Shown here one piece after another: positions 1 to 12,709 of a stretch of DNA of 64,000 nucleotides. Source of the DNA: Phoronis australis. Taxonomy: Eukaryota; Animalia; Phoronida. Position 1 is the first letter of the stretch. Every line of letters begins with the position of its first letter. The notes beneath the pieces were generated by a model. That model had not been told where the DNA came from, did not search any database, and was given only the letters and a program-made list of their open reading frames with translations. The position numbers and the translations under genes were made by a program. Location: contig NMRA01000100.1 of assembly GCA_002633005.1 (NCBI GenBank), forward strand, positions 20,497 to 84,496. Direction: 5' to 3'.

Positions 1-378
1 TTTACTGTGATGGGCATTCATTGTACTTTGAAGGACCTATAGTCCGAAGGGTCATTACTTGAAAAATATATCAATCAGGTGTTATTCCAAAGCAACATTA
101 CTCCGAAGGGTTATTACTTAGCTGCAATAATGGGAAAGAGTGAGTGACGCTGCATTATAGAGAATATTGCTGATGCCACATATTTTTCCTGCATGTTGTA
201 TTTGTTATAATATAAATGATATTTTTCCAGCCAATAGATCACAGCTACGCCACGAGTGAGCCCAGTGAAACACCCCCATCTGCTGAGCACCATGCAGTGC
301 TGCTTTAGTAAAGCTCTTAGGTGAGGTAATAGGACATAATTGATAATGACCATAATTTCATCCTCCATGACTGATGGT

Positions 379-527
379 TTTGTTATACCTATTGTATTGC
401 TACCTGAAGCTCACCTCTCTACTTACTATAGTTATAAAAAAAGCGGACTATGTTGTTATATCTATTGTATTGCTACTTGAAGCTAACCTGTCTACTTACT
501 ATAGTTATAAAAAAGCGGACTCTGTTG
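379..527. repeat. Two-copy ~73-bp tandem duplication
   Basis: ttgttata.ctattgtattgctac.tgaagct.acct.tctacttactatagttataaaaaagcggact occurs twice. Confidence 0.9.
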
Positions 528-2789
528 TTTTTGATTTCATGACTTGGATGTATACTTTTCTTGATCTGAAATGGTGTTTCAAATATTTGTTTGGTTTAAC
601 ACACTTGGGATTTTTAAAGCCCTTTGATTAAAAATATGCTGAAAATCAGAGGATGAGTCTTAAGCCAGGCTGTTTGATAAAAATCTGGGTGTGGACAAGT
701 AGACAATTGTAGGTAGTTAACATGTGTAGATACCTTAAATGTATTTTTGTATTCGTTCATTTCAGAAAGTTGTTGACTTGCATGAGAAAGTAAGTCAAGT
801 GGGGATTCCGAAAAGTCTGCACCCAGCGGTCCCTATTGTGCCCGTGACTGTAGAGGGAATTGTCAGTGGTGCTGTCGGATTAGGCATTGCGCCATTAACT
901 TCAGCATCGTTGGTGCTACTATCAGAGACCCTAGATAGGGAGACAGTCCACCTAGCGAAATCCCATCGGACGGCCACTGGTGGACACTGTTGTTTCATGG
1001 ACTGTAGACACGTCTGGCGAGTGTGCGTGCAATAAACAAATGTGGCAAGATATCACGGCTCCCGTCAGTAAAAAAGCAATGGTGCTTTTTGCACTGCCTA
1101 CGGCTGCAGCAACAGTTAATTGAAAATTCGTGACTCATGCTTTTTTGCTTCCTCAATGATTAAGATAGGTGATGTTCATGATTGAAACAGAGGATATTTC
1201 TGCGTGAATCTCTTGCCAGTCATTCAGTGATGGACTGGGTGTCTTTACTGTTTCCTGCATTTGATTGCTGATATAGAAAATTGTCATAAATTGTTTGCAT
1301 GATTTTGGAAACTACTGATTAGTTTATTCTATGCCCATTGATGCTTCTAATTACTTTTTNNNNNNNNNNNNNNNNNNNNNNNNNNNNNNNNNNNNNNNNN
1401 NNNNNNNNNNNNNNNNNNNNNNNNNNNNNNNNNNNNNNNNNNNNNNNNNNNNNNNNNNNNNNNNNNNNNNNNNNNNNNNNNNNNNNNNNNNNNNNNNNNN
1501 NNNNNNNNNNNNNNNNNNNNNNNNNNNNNNNNNNNNNNNNNNNNNNNNNNNNNNNNNNNNNNNNNNNNNNNNNNNNNNNNNNNNNNNNNNNNNNNNNNNN
1601 NNNNNNNNNNNNNNNNNNNNNNNNNNNNNNNNNNNNNNNNNNNNNNNNNNNNNNNNNNNNNNNNNNNNNNNNNNNNNNNNNNNNNNNNNNNNNNNNNNNN
1701 NNNNNNNNNNNNNNNNNNNNNNNNNNNNNNNNNNNNNNNNNNNNNNNNNNNNNNNNNNNNNNNNNNNNNNNNNNNNNNNNNNNNNNNNNNNNNNNNNNNN
1801 NNNNNNNNNNNNNNNNNNNNNNNNNNNNNNNNNNNNNNNNNNNNNNNNNNNNNNNNNNNNNNNNNNNNNNNNNNNNNNNNNNNNNNNNNNNNNNNNNNNN
1901 NNNNNNNNNNNNNNNNNNNNNNNNNNNNNNNNNNNNNNNNNNNNNNNNNNNNNNNNNNNNNNNNNNNNNNNNAGGGTGGCAGGTTAAAGGGGTCTGGACC
2001 CCCCATTTTCCTTGATTGTAGTGATATCAATGCTAGAATTTTCAAATTGTTGACTTGGGCCACCTTTCTTAAAAAATCATTATCCGACCCCCCCCCCCTT
2101 TAAAAAATCCTGGATATGGCCCTGTTGAGTCGATATTTGGGACAGTTTCATGTAAATGGGCACAGACACAACTGCTTTAATCTAGAACGTCTTTAAGATG
2201 TGAATTTTCGAAAGAAAAATCTACTAATTTCTCCATTTTACTTTAAAACAAAGTTTGTGTGTTAAAAGCTTACATAATTAATTGTTAATTAATTGATATT
2301 AACACCTGGAATATTGGGGGAAGAAAGCTATCTCCGCCCCCAACCTTTCAGTTGGTTGAGGGGCAGCCCCCACTCCTATCTATTCTTCAGCAGATCCATT
2401 TGATGTTTATTACATTCTTGACCCCCTGGACAAAATCCTACAGGTTCGGTACCTGCACATTCTCCAATAACCTACTTTCAGCTCTTATTACTGAGTCTCC
2501 CTCTTGCTTATGATTTATTTCTCGTAATTTATTTTACCTTTGCTGCCCAAATTTTTTCTTGGTTTACTCTATATTTTGCCTATGTGCATTTTTCCATTAC
2601 AGTGCTCGTGTTTTTTGTTTTCAATATTTTAAACAAAGACACTTCACTGACAATTTTGAATTTGGCAAACTAAGATCGGCCATAGTGAATGCCTTGCGTA
2701 CTTCGTTGGCCCACACACACCCGCTAGGTGTCGCCACAGTCCATGACACAATAATGGCGGCGGCCTTGGTGAATAGTCTTGTTAGCGTT

Positions 2790-3860
2790 TTTGCTTCAAC
2801 TATTCCTACTAATCGCTGCGCCACCTGCCGACGGACTGAGAACAGAAATGACGTCAACAACAGGCTCACGAATTTAGAGACAACGAGCACGGTTTTCAAC
2901 TAATTCAACTAATCCCACTAATCGCCGCGCCACCAGCGGCCGGGCTGACATAACATATGACGTAAGCAAAAGGCTCACAACCTTAGAGACACCCAACAGG
3001 CTTTTCAACTAATTCAACTAATCCCACTAATTGCTGCGCTCCCAGCTGCCGGGGTGACATCAGACCTGATGTCAGAAAAAAGCATTTAGAGACACCAAAC
3101 ACGCTTTTCAACTAATTCAACTAATCCCACTAATCGCCCACGCCACCTGCGGTCGGACTGACAAAATACATGACGTCAGCCACAGGCTCAAGCCCTTAGA
3201 GACACCTAATACGCTTTTCAACTAATCCAACTATTCCCACTAATCGCTGCGCCACCTGCCGATGGGCTGGCAACAGAAATGACGTCAACAACAGGCTCAC
3301 GACTTTAGAGACACCGAGCAAGCTTTTTAACTAATCCCACTAATCGCCGCGCCACCAGCGGCCGGGCTGCCATTACACATGACGTAAGCAAAAAGTTCAC
3401 AACCTTAGAGACACCGAACACGCTTTTCAACTAATTAAACTAATCCCATTAATCGCCGAGCTCCCAGCGGCCGGGTGACATTAAACATGACGTCAGCAAA
3501 AGGTTCACAACCTTAGAGACACCGAACACGCTTTTCAACTAATTCAACTAATCCCACTAATCGCCGCGCTCCCAGCGGCCGGGTGACATTAAACATGACG
3601 TCAGCAATAAGCTTTTAGAGACACCAAACACGCAGTTCAACTAATTCAACTATTCCCACTAATCGCTGCGCCACCTGTGGACGCGCTGATAACAGTCGTG
3701 ACGCCAAGAACAGGCTCACGACTTTAGGGACACGGAACACGCATTTCAACGAAATCAACTATTCCCACTAAATGCTGCGCTACCTTACGAAAGGCTGACA
3801 ATAGACGTGACGTAAGGAACAGTCTCACAATTTTTAAGACACTGAACACGCATTTTGACT
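2790..3860. repeat. Tandem array of ~10 units of 100-110 bp (minisatellite/subterminal repeat)
   Basis: The recurrent unit TTTTCAACTAATTCAACTAATCCCACTAATCGC.GCGC...TGACGT.A...TTAGAGACAC starts at ~2893, 3002, 3105, 3215, 3325, 3424, 3532, 3634, 3743 and 3852. Confidence 0.95.
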
Positions 3861-5782
3861 AGTATTCAACCCAGCTTATTCAATTTGTGTTTAAAAATTG
3901 TTTTCGTGGTAAACAGGAAAGCAATCCTTTTCAGTAGGTAAATTTTCTTCCTAAAGCTGTCATGTGTATAAATATTCAGAAGTCTACTAAAATCGGGCCG
4001 TAGAAAGTGAGTAATAGGCTTAAGTTAACTACAGCTATAAAAAGAGTAAATTGTGCGTTTTCGTTGGTCCTGACAGAAGCCAGAATAACTATAAAACTTG
4101 CGCGCCGACGCATCAACAAATCTACAAAAAAGTTATAAACTTTTTAGTCTTATCACCAATAGGCACAATGTAAAATGCAATGTGCCTAAGTTAGAAAAAC
4201 TATGAGGGTTGACACCTCACACGAGAAATGGTGATTGTTCATTTTTTTAATTTAAAAAAAATTGTTAATCTAAGTGGCGAATCATTGTGTAGGATGCACA
4301 GTGAATGATAACTAACTTATGCCAGTCAAATATATTTTCTCTTTTAATGGAAGCGTTATATTCACTCACTCATCAGATTAATTTCTAAATTATGTGACCT
4401 TGAAACAAAATACAACCCAATAAGTGCATTTGTAACTGAGTAAGAGCTTGATTTTAAACTAGAACCTTTGCTACACAACAGTCAAAATATATTCTACAAA
4501 ACAACAGTAGCGCATATGCTAATCACTGATGAGATTAAAAAGCACGAAATTATATACAAACATATGTAGGAATAAAGTCATAGGGATGTTGTTAAACTTT
4601 TCAGCTAATGACGCATATTTTCTTGGTTTATCCAATTTGTTCCAGAGAGGAAAACTTCCCGGTCATTTAATCATTAGGTGACCTTGCTATCTTGCTTCAA
4701 TAAAAGTAGACATCGTTCTGTTATCAAGTTACTGAATCCTTTCTATTTTTCTGCTGCTGTAAAACACCCCTTATATGTCAAACAAGTGGACAGTAACAGA
4801 AATAAGATCAAACAATAGCATGAACTAATATTTCTTCTTTCCTCATGAAGCTGACTTCGGGGTGTACGTACCTGTACATGTAGTATCCATCCATGATTGG
4901 CTACATTATGTCTCATTAAAATCCTGAATATCTAAATTTGTAACAAACACCACCCAATGACTTCCTGGATAACTATATGTATGATCGGGGAAAAGAAACA
5001 ATTTTTAATGAAATTGTGGTTTTAAAGATAACACTATAAATGATAAACTTAGAAACATGCGTGAACATATTAAAAGCCCTAGTTATTCCATGTAATCCCA
5101 AATTGTAATTTGATGTTGTTATAAACAAATAATAAAAACTGTGCTTTGTTTCATAAGGATAACATGAAATGTTACCATACTCATTTTCATAAAAATTGTC
5201 TCGCATAACGAGACTTTCGCGAGACTGTCGTGGTAATTGTTTATCGGATGGTTTCGGCACATTTGAGTACACTGGATTGTTTGTAAGTTATTACTTCATT
5301 TGCATATTCACAATTTAATGAGACAATGCATCGTCAACCTACAGTCAATATTTAAATCAAGGAGTTTAACAGAATTTAACTTCAAGACGGCACGTTAGTC
5401 TAACTGGTCAGAAAATCAACGTCCGCTTTGCTTTCTGCAGTAGGAGCAGGAACATCATAAATAACTACAGTAAAATCTCACCAACTGAGGAAACAATGTG
5501 GTTGACAAGTGAAATATGCAAGATCTGTACCAGCAGCGATATAACGTTTAAAGTTTAAATGCTGTACTATTCGGATGTTACATGACGCCGTCTCGTGTCG
5601 CTTGATGTAGTTTGGACACGGAAATAAGCCTAAACTGGCTCCATAACGTCAGCAATACGCCAGAAGACAAACCAGTTTTTCAAAATGCTGTCATTCAAAA
5701 ATGACCAACGACACTGTAATTAAAATATTGCGACTTATTTTGTCCAAAATTGTTGTGATTTCACCGTCGCAGTGCCATATGG

Positions 5783-6417
5783 TCAGACTGTTTCAAGTTT
5801 GCTGTGGTTCATCATATCGGCAAGTGTTAACAAAAACAAATTATATCGGCCATAATTCATGTGCCGTAGAGCATGCTTATATCTTGCAAGGTGACCAAAC
5901 GTCTGCTCACAAGCCTCAGTATTTAGAGCGTCCACCTCAGGCACCTTATGTGGATTAACATGACACCACTTGTCCACATGATTCTTAAAGTGCATTTTGT
6001 CTACTACTAAAACGAGGGATACTAAGAACTTGCTACTTTCAGTGACCTCACACCGCTTCGGATTGTGAATGAATTTATGGAGATGGCATGTGTCGTCATA
6101 CGCCAAAAGAGGGGAGAAGTGTTGGGACTCTTTGTACAAAGCAATTAAAAAGTTGTAAACTTGAGACAAGCTCTCACTTCCAAACAGTTCATCGATACTT
6201 GCTACATGTATAATACCACAGTTGTACACTGCTGCGACAATACCAGCTGTCTTTGTTTTTTTGTGCTTGACTTGTCTTTAGTAGTTTTACAGGTAAGCGA
6301 TTTCAAATCTCCTTCTTCATCTTTGTCCATTTCATAGACCTCCAGCCTTTTCTTCTTACCAAGTCTGGTGCCAAATGCCACAGGAATATTCTTGGTTCCT
6401 TCTGCGTTGTCAGCCTT
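5783..6417 (-). mobile_element. KDZ (Kyakuja-Dileera-Zisupton) transposase C-terminal remnant, frameshifted
   Basis: Motifs CKT.K...TAGIVAAVYNCGII...ELFGSESLSQV, YDDTCHL, VDKMHFKNH, NP and NTEACEQTF are characteristic of KDZ catalytic cores. There is a splice acceptor at 6418 and a 1-nt frameshift in an A7 run near 6256-6262. Confidence 0.82.
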
Positions 6418-7336
6418 CTGGAAGAAAAGTTAGTTTTGCTTTTTAACAAGAAGTAATGAAGTTGCTTACAAATTAATAAAGCAACCTTCCCCTAGAGTGT
6501 TGATAATGTATTACGTCAACACTTAGTGGAGAAATGTAATGGAAATTGAAGGTTTTGATAACTGAAAGGTTTCATTGAAATAGTGTGGATTTATAAAATC
6601 AGACACACAGTGAATGCAACAAGATCAGAGACTCATTCCCATATAATGAATTACAAAATCAATGTAACAAAGGGTACACCGAAATTAAAATACGGCATTA
6701 TTTCAACGGACTCTTTCCGGTAAGCACGACCATAATATCATGCGCAGGAACATGTAACATTACTCACAAATCATACACACAAATCTCTTAATCATATGAG
6801 TGAATTACCAAGCTGTCGGTGCCCATTGTCATAGCCCGGTAATCGTTGTTATGAGTATGTGCCATTGTGCATTACAATTGCGTTCGTACTGTATATTCGT
6901 CGTTGTTCGTGTGCTTGATCCAAAGTTTCTTATGCACGATTGATAGGTTTATGTGCATGATTCAGTGATCCGTGCTTATACAGTTAAGTGCTCATGCGCA
7001 TGATTGCATGACACCTCTGCTACTTCTGTTCCAAAATAACGTAGTCAACCCTAAACATCCTAACTCAGCCGACTACAATACATTTAAAGGCCTATGGTCC
7101 GAGTTGTAGAAGAAAAAATCTCTTAACGCCGTTTAAGCCGGTTTTTTGATGTGACATGGAGTTCAAAAAGTTATTAACTTTCAACTTGTGCAAAAAGTTT
7201 GAAAAAAATCGTTGTAAATACTACAAACGAATGAAATGTTTACAAAGAATTTAGTATCCCGACCGCTAAACAGATTATAAACATTACAACAACGCATGCG
7301 CAGCCACAGATCTAGAGGTCAACAGAATTTATACAA

Positions 7337-10300
7337 ATGGCGGGGAGAGGTAGATCTATGAAGTGTACGTCCGAAGGCGAAACGCAGTCGTCCTGCTCTA
7401 CGAGATTCAGAAAAAGACGTGTTAGCCAGTACAAAAAGCGGCATTACCAACAAACCTTGAACCTGTAATCGACTCGTTCGATAGGTGAGAAACAATGAGG
7501 ACAAGACTGAATGTTCGAACTCGTGAAGGTTTTACTTTACAACAAATGAACAATACCAGGCTTTGGATGGACAAGTATAAGTCAGTAAGTGTGCTGTTTG
7601 TGAAATGTTCAATGACTCGTATACACGTTTAGAGCATTCACTGATGAGTGACTGATCTCAGTCAGCATATATCGGACCCGAATCATTTTGAAGAGCCTCA
7701 ATTCGATTAGCCTTGGCACAAAGCTGTATAATATACAGTCATCATACAGCTAGCTGGCTGGCTACAATTCGATCAGCTGTTCAGTTTTTGTTCTAATACT
7801 ACTAGCACTAGTAGTAGTACTGATTCACGCTGACCCGGACTAGTTACACCATGTTAGTGCTTTAACATGTCGTTAAAACTGGTAAGGCCCTTTAATTCTA
7901 ACGTCGACATGGCGATGTTTTGGGGAGTTGCAGTCAGTTTGGATGGTTCACTACGGTCCTGAATCGAAGTTAACTGTGCCAGTTGACTTCACAGTAGACA
8001 AGCGGAGCGTCGATGCTGTGGTGTACGGTAGTATGAATGATTAACTTCGGTTACATCGAAGAAGTTATTGTCAGGGGCCACTGCTATCATCGACAGTTAA
8101 AGGGTAATGTCGTCGTTAAAAGCTGCTCATATTTTGCTCGAGTAGTCACTAATCGAATTAGAAATAGGTTTTTGTGGCCATTAGCACATGTCAATGTTCC
8201 CAAATTATCACATTAAAAATCCTGGTGTACAAGTGTTGCATCTGCACTACGTTGCTATTACTTCGATGACAACATCATCAGCTACAGTTTACTTAGACAT
8301 CCAAAGCCGGTAAAAACGGTTCGATTAACTTTCCAGTTTATGTCGACACTCTGCTCAGACCGAAATTAAGTACAAAAAGGGCTTTTAGATCAATTTCAAG
8401 TAGCAGAACAGTGTGGCAGGTGGTGTAAATAATTGTGGCGGGAGAGTGGGGGGATGTTTGTAGGATGTGTTAGGGACTTCACCTGGCCACGCCAATAGCT
8501 TTATTAGAAAGCTCATATCAGTGTTTGTCGTACTGAGTACAGTGGGGGGGGATAAGTCTTGGTCAAGATGGCTATACTTGAGAATGTCTTATTAGTTTTG
8601 CTTTATTTTTTCCAGTTAGGAGAATACTGACCACCTACAGGGGCCCGTGTAACCGTAAGTTGATCTTTCTTATTCCATTAAGTTTTAAAAGAAAGAATAG
8701 GTGTGCTAAACTTCAGTTATTGATGGCCACTTTTCTCTGTATTTCCATCTTAGACTGTGCAGGTTAGGAGAAAATGGTTAATTGCAATCTGCATGGTCCA
8801 GGTACATTACTTGAACTCACAACCTCAAAAAATTAGCCAGTCAAATCACGTGATTGGAGTACAAATCTTATGTTTTCTCATGTCATGGAATTGCTAAATT
8901 TTCGAGTTGTGTATCGAATACAGAGATTAGGCTATGGGCTTTAACGTAAGCCGGAATTTTCATCAATTATAAGTCTCTTAAGTCGCTGTCAGTTTAGAAT
9001 AATGCTGTCTCAGCTACAAATTTTGCCTTCTGGTAATTAAATCAAAGTTGTTTTAAGCATAAAGGTGTGACAAATTGACTGAAAGTACATTCTTAAATCT
9101 TGTGATTGCTCCTGGTAAAGTGAGTCAAATTGTATTTAAACCCTCCTTCATCATCTGTACTTTCAGAATGAGTGGTTTAGACAACGCCCTCTACAAACTT
9201 CTTTGCAAGAGTCCCAGACTGGTCATCACCTGAAGAAACCTTGAGGTATTGTTTCATTCATTTCCTTAATATCTCATGGAGTGACATTTCACATTTTATT
9301 CAACTCACAACTCACAATCCTAACCAAAGATATCACTGTTTCGTTTACAGTATTTAAACATGCCTTGTTTAAAGCCTGTTCAATTTCTATTCAGGGATTC
9401 ACCCAGGATTTCGAAAATAGGGTGTCCAAAATGGGATTCCCAATATTTCGGAGTGTCCGTGATTCCGACAACCCATTACCCCTACCACCGTGCAGTGCAC
9501 CAGCAACCCCCCACACTGATTTTTTTACAAAAATACATAGATCAAAGCGTTTACATCTGCGTTTTCAAACTAACCCCCTGTAGCGAGCTTGGACCTAGAC
9601 TTTTACACCTAAACTTATGAATACAGCCAAGCAGCTTACCAGACAAATATTAGAGATATTTTTTAAGGATGAGTGCACTTCGCACATGATGGCGTCACTG
9701 CTGTTCCATATTAAAACATGGAAATGCACATTGAAATGCACGAAGCAGTGTTTCATTTGAGTTATTTATATTAGGTTTGTGTAAACCGTACTTTAGTGTG
9801 AAGTTTTTATTCTAATGTATCAGTGCTTTGGAGGATGTCCAGTTGAGCAAAGAACATTTGTAATGTAACTAATTTGCATGTGAAAATTTTCAACTCGCTT
9901 ACAACTGTAGTATAAATGCAAGCTAACTCCAGCTGCTGGTTGAAATTCTGTGCATCATGTTTGGTGTGGGGAGCAATTATGATTTCTAAAAACCTTATTT
10001 TGAAAATTTGCCCTTTTACGATTCCATCTGTCGATTCAATGTCACTGTTTCAGATTCATAGATACATGTCTGAGTTCTCAGTGTAGAGGCCTCAGAATAA
10101 ATTTTAAACTGAATGTCTTCTTACAAATGCCACTATTGTCATCTTACAGGGATTCAGAGCTGTTGTTCACCGTTGTCCTTATCTTCTTTGTCACCTGCAT
10201 CCTCACAATCTGGATCAAAGGTTTGTGTCTGCTCTTGTAAAGACTCTATGCTCTATTGGAATTTAAAGTAGATATAGGCATGCCTTATGTCACGAAAACC

Positions 10301-11997
10301 AACTGTTTATTTAGACCATGTACCATTAGTATGATATTGATCTCGAATTGTTCCTTGATAAAAATAAGGTGTGAAGTTTGGGCTTGAAAATCTCCAGCAA
10401 TTTGTTACTACTTGAGAGTTTCTTTAGGTTGACGTGTCACAGCATGCCATTTCATTCACCTGACATGGTCACAACCATAATGAACTGACAGTTCTTTGCA
10501 AGACCAAAACTTATTTCTCATCTGAATGAGGAAAGTGGTTAAAATCAAAAGTTAAGTTGCGCGGATAACAGGGTTTATAGCCGCAGAAATTTTTCTGTGA
10601 AAATGCAACTCTATTTTCTCTCAATGTAGGTTTCTTACTGCTTGTTAAAAGACGATAATAGTATGACCGGCTGCTGAGTAGCACTTGGGACATAACCATG
10701 TTGCCATGAGTTCAATTTCTTGTCTTGGAACTCTAGGATCCACTTAAACCATAAAGTGGCAATGGCCATCAAAAGTTATCATGATGCGATGAAGATTTGG
10801 CAATACGTGCATTAGTTCCTGCACCATCTTTCTAACTTGCAACCTCTCACACTTGTTGATACTAGCATTCCGTTGGTGGTATAGATACAGTTATCATTAC
10901 TTGTACCCAATGGTGGTTTTCTTTGCACTGTATTTTTGGTTTTAGTGTTTCAGTGCTCAATTATATTGTAACTTTTCACAATATTTTACACTTACAGGCT
11001 ACATAGGTACTTCAGTGAGAAATCTAAGAGTAATGCTGTCAAGGATTAAGAAAGGTCTATACTCCAGTGCCACCGGTGTCCATAATTAGCAGATGCTTGA
11101 GAGAAAAACAAGGCGTGCACAAACTTGACACATGACTTCCAGGGGCCACCCAGTTCATTGCCTTAACGATCAATGGTTTTGCAATGACAACAAATGTTAT
11201 TTGATCTATCAAAAGAACTATCACTGCTTCAGTGAACATTTGACTCTGATTTTAAAGTTACCTTTGCATAGTAGCTTGACGTGGATATAGACTGTTGTCA
11301 ATACAAAAGGACACGGCTATATTTTTGATCTTACTCATTTACCGTACAGCATATAAATCTGACATTCTACTTTTTATATATGTAAACCAACAATCCTTGA
11401 CCACTGTTTGCTTACATTTGACTCCAAAACTGTGATACAGTACCTGCTTTTTAATTGAAGTGCTCATGTAACTTGGTTCATGTTGAGTCTATCAACAGTC
11501 ATCATCTGCTTTTGTTGGTCCACGCGGTTGTGCGAATTGACTACGTAATTGATATAAATGTGTCCATGACTTCAAACATATTTCGATCAATTACATGTCA
11601 TGCTGCAACTCTTGTTTGCATTTACATTTCTGTTGTGTTGAGAATTACTGCAGTGAAATGCATTTGATGTTATACAGGTTAAATTTCGGCAGTGAAAATC
11701 CATTTTGTTTGTTAATGTGATTATGTCATTGCTGTTAAAGCTGCTATGAACCTGCCTTCCTTCAATTAAACCAATTCTTGATTGTGACTATCTATTGTCT
11801 TAGCCCATTCCTTACTCAAAGTACAAGTGATTCCTGGAATTAGAAAGAACTGACAGTTTGTTATAGCTCGAACCTCAGTTTATCAAGTTGCCTTGAAACA
11901 GCTTGTCATTTTCTGTAGGTGAATTTGTTACAAGCAAAGAAACCCATCCTCAGCTGGGTAAAGAAACTTACTAATAGGAAGTCTGATGCGGAAAATG
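7337..11997 (+). pseudogene. Decayed multi-exon gene; first exon resembles a Myb/SANT-like DNA-binding domain (transposon-associated type)
   Basis: GT-AG-bounded segments at 7337-7584, 8616-8654, 9167-9245, 10150-10220, 10998-11054 and 11919-11997. With frameshifts, exon 1 reads R..K.TSEGET.VVLLYEIQKKDVLASTKSGITNK...TLQQM...LWMDKYKS. Several in-frame stops are present. An NRF1-like CGCATGCGCA lies at ~7293. Confidence 0.45.
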
Positions 11998-12530
11998 GTA
12001 TAAATTAAAAGTTACTTTATTGTTGATGGAATGTTGGTTTGTAGCAACTTTACCAGTTCTGTTTCATTATATTTAAGTCTTCATCCGATTTTCAGTATGA
12101 AACTAAGAAATGGTATTGGGCATAAATTTTGTTTATTAGTACCCCANTTGTTTATTAGTACCCCAAAGAAATCACATTTATCTGAGTACTAAGTAGTAGA
12201 CAAAACAAATATGCATTAGACACCTAAAATATGGTGCCTGGGTAAATAACATAATTTGTTTGACTGCAAGCAAAGTAGATAAAGCAGTATTTTGTGACAT
12301 AACCCTTGCATTGCGAAAATATGTTGGGGTAGGCGCCTTTTGTTTTAGTTGGTACCTTTGTTGAAAGCCAGCACATCATTACGGTAGACTCTTGCCAGTT
12401 CCTCATTTATGACGATGAAACCAAAAGTCCTGAATCAAAAATAAAAATAAAATTTTCTTCATGGTCATGTATAAGAGAAAAAAATTCTTCATTAACTAGT
12501 GTACTTCAAAAGCTGAATACCTTATAGAAT

Positions 12531-12709
12531 GCGAACAGTTTGTCCCGTCAGCACGCCATCTTTTTGGTCACATCACGTGACCTAATGAATGTATGTCCGA
12601 AAAGATTTCTGCCCTAGACAGGGACGGGCAGAAATCTTTTTGGATTGATATTCATTAGGTCAGGTGATGTGACCAAAAACATGGCGTGCTGATGGGACAA
12701 GCTGTTAGC
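12531..12709. mobile_element. Palindromic (foldback) MITE, ~85-bp arms
   Basis: aacagtttgtcccgtcagcacgccat...gatttctgccc is the reverse complement, with few mismatches, of gggcagaaatc...atggcgtgctgatgggacaagctgtt. Confidence 0.85.

Noticed and set aside
1331-2063. Long ORFs spanning 1331-2063 and 13095-14088
   Set aside because: They consist almost entirely of N-gap translation.
2790-3860. CRISPR-like appearance of the repeat array
   Set aside because: Whole units are homologous with no unique spacers, the context is eukaryotic, and there are no cas genes.
4526-4550. Hammerhead-like CTGATGA...GAAA
   Set aside because: Stem II barely pairs and there is no complementary stem I/III around a cleavage triplet.
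7641-7670. CTGATGAG followed by a hairpin (hammerhead or C/D snoRNA?)
   Set aside because: There is no GAAA after the stem and no convincing C/D box pair with a terminal stem.
12129-12165. 18-bp direct repeat around a single n
   Set aside because: Contig-join artefact at 12147.
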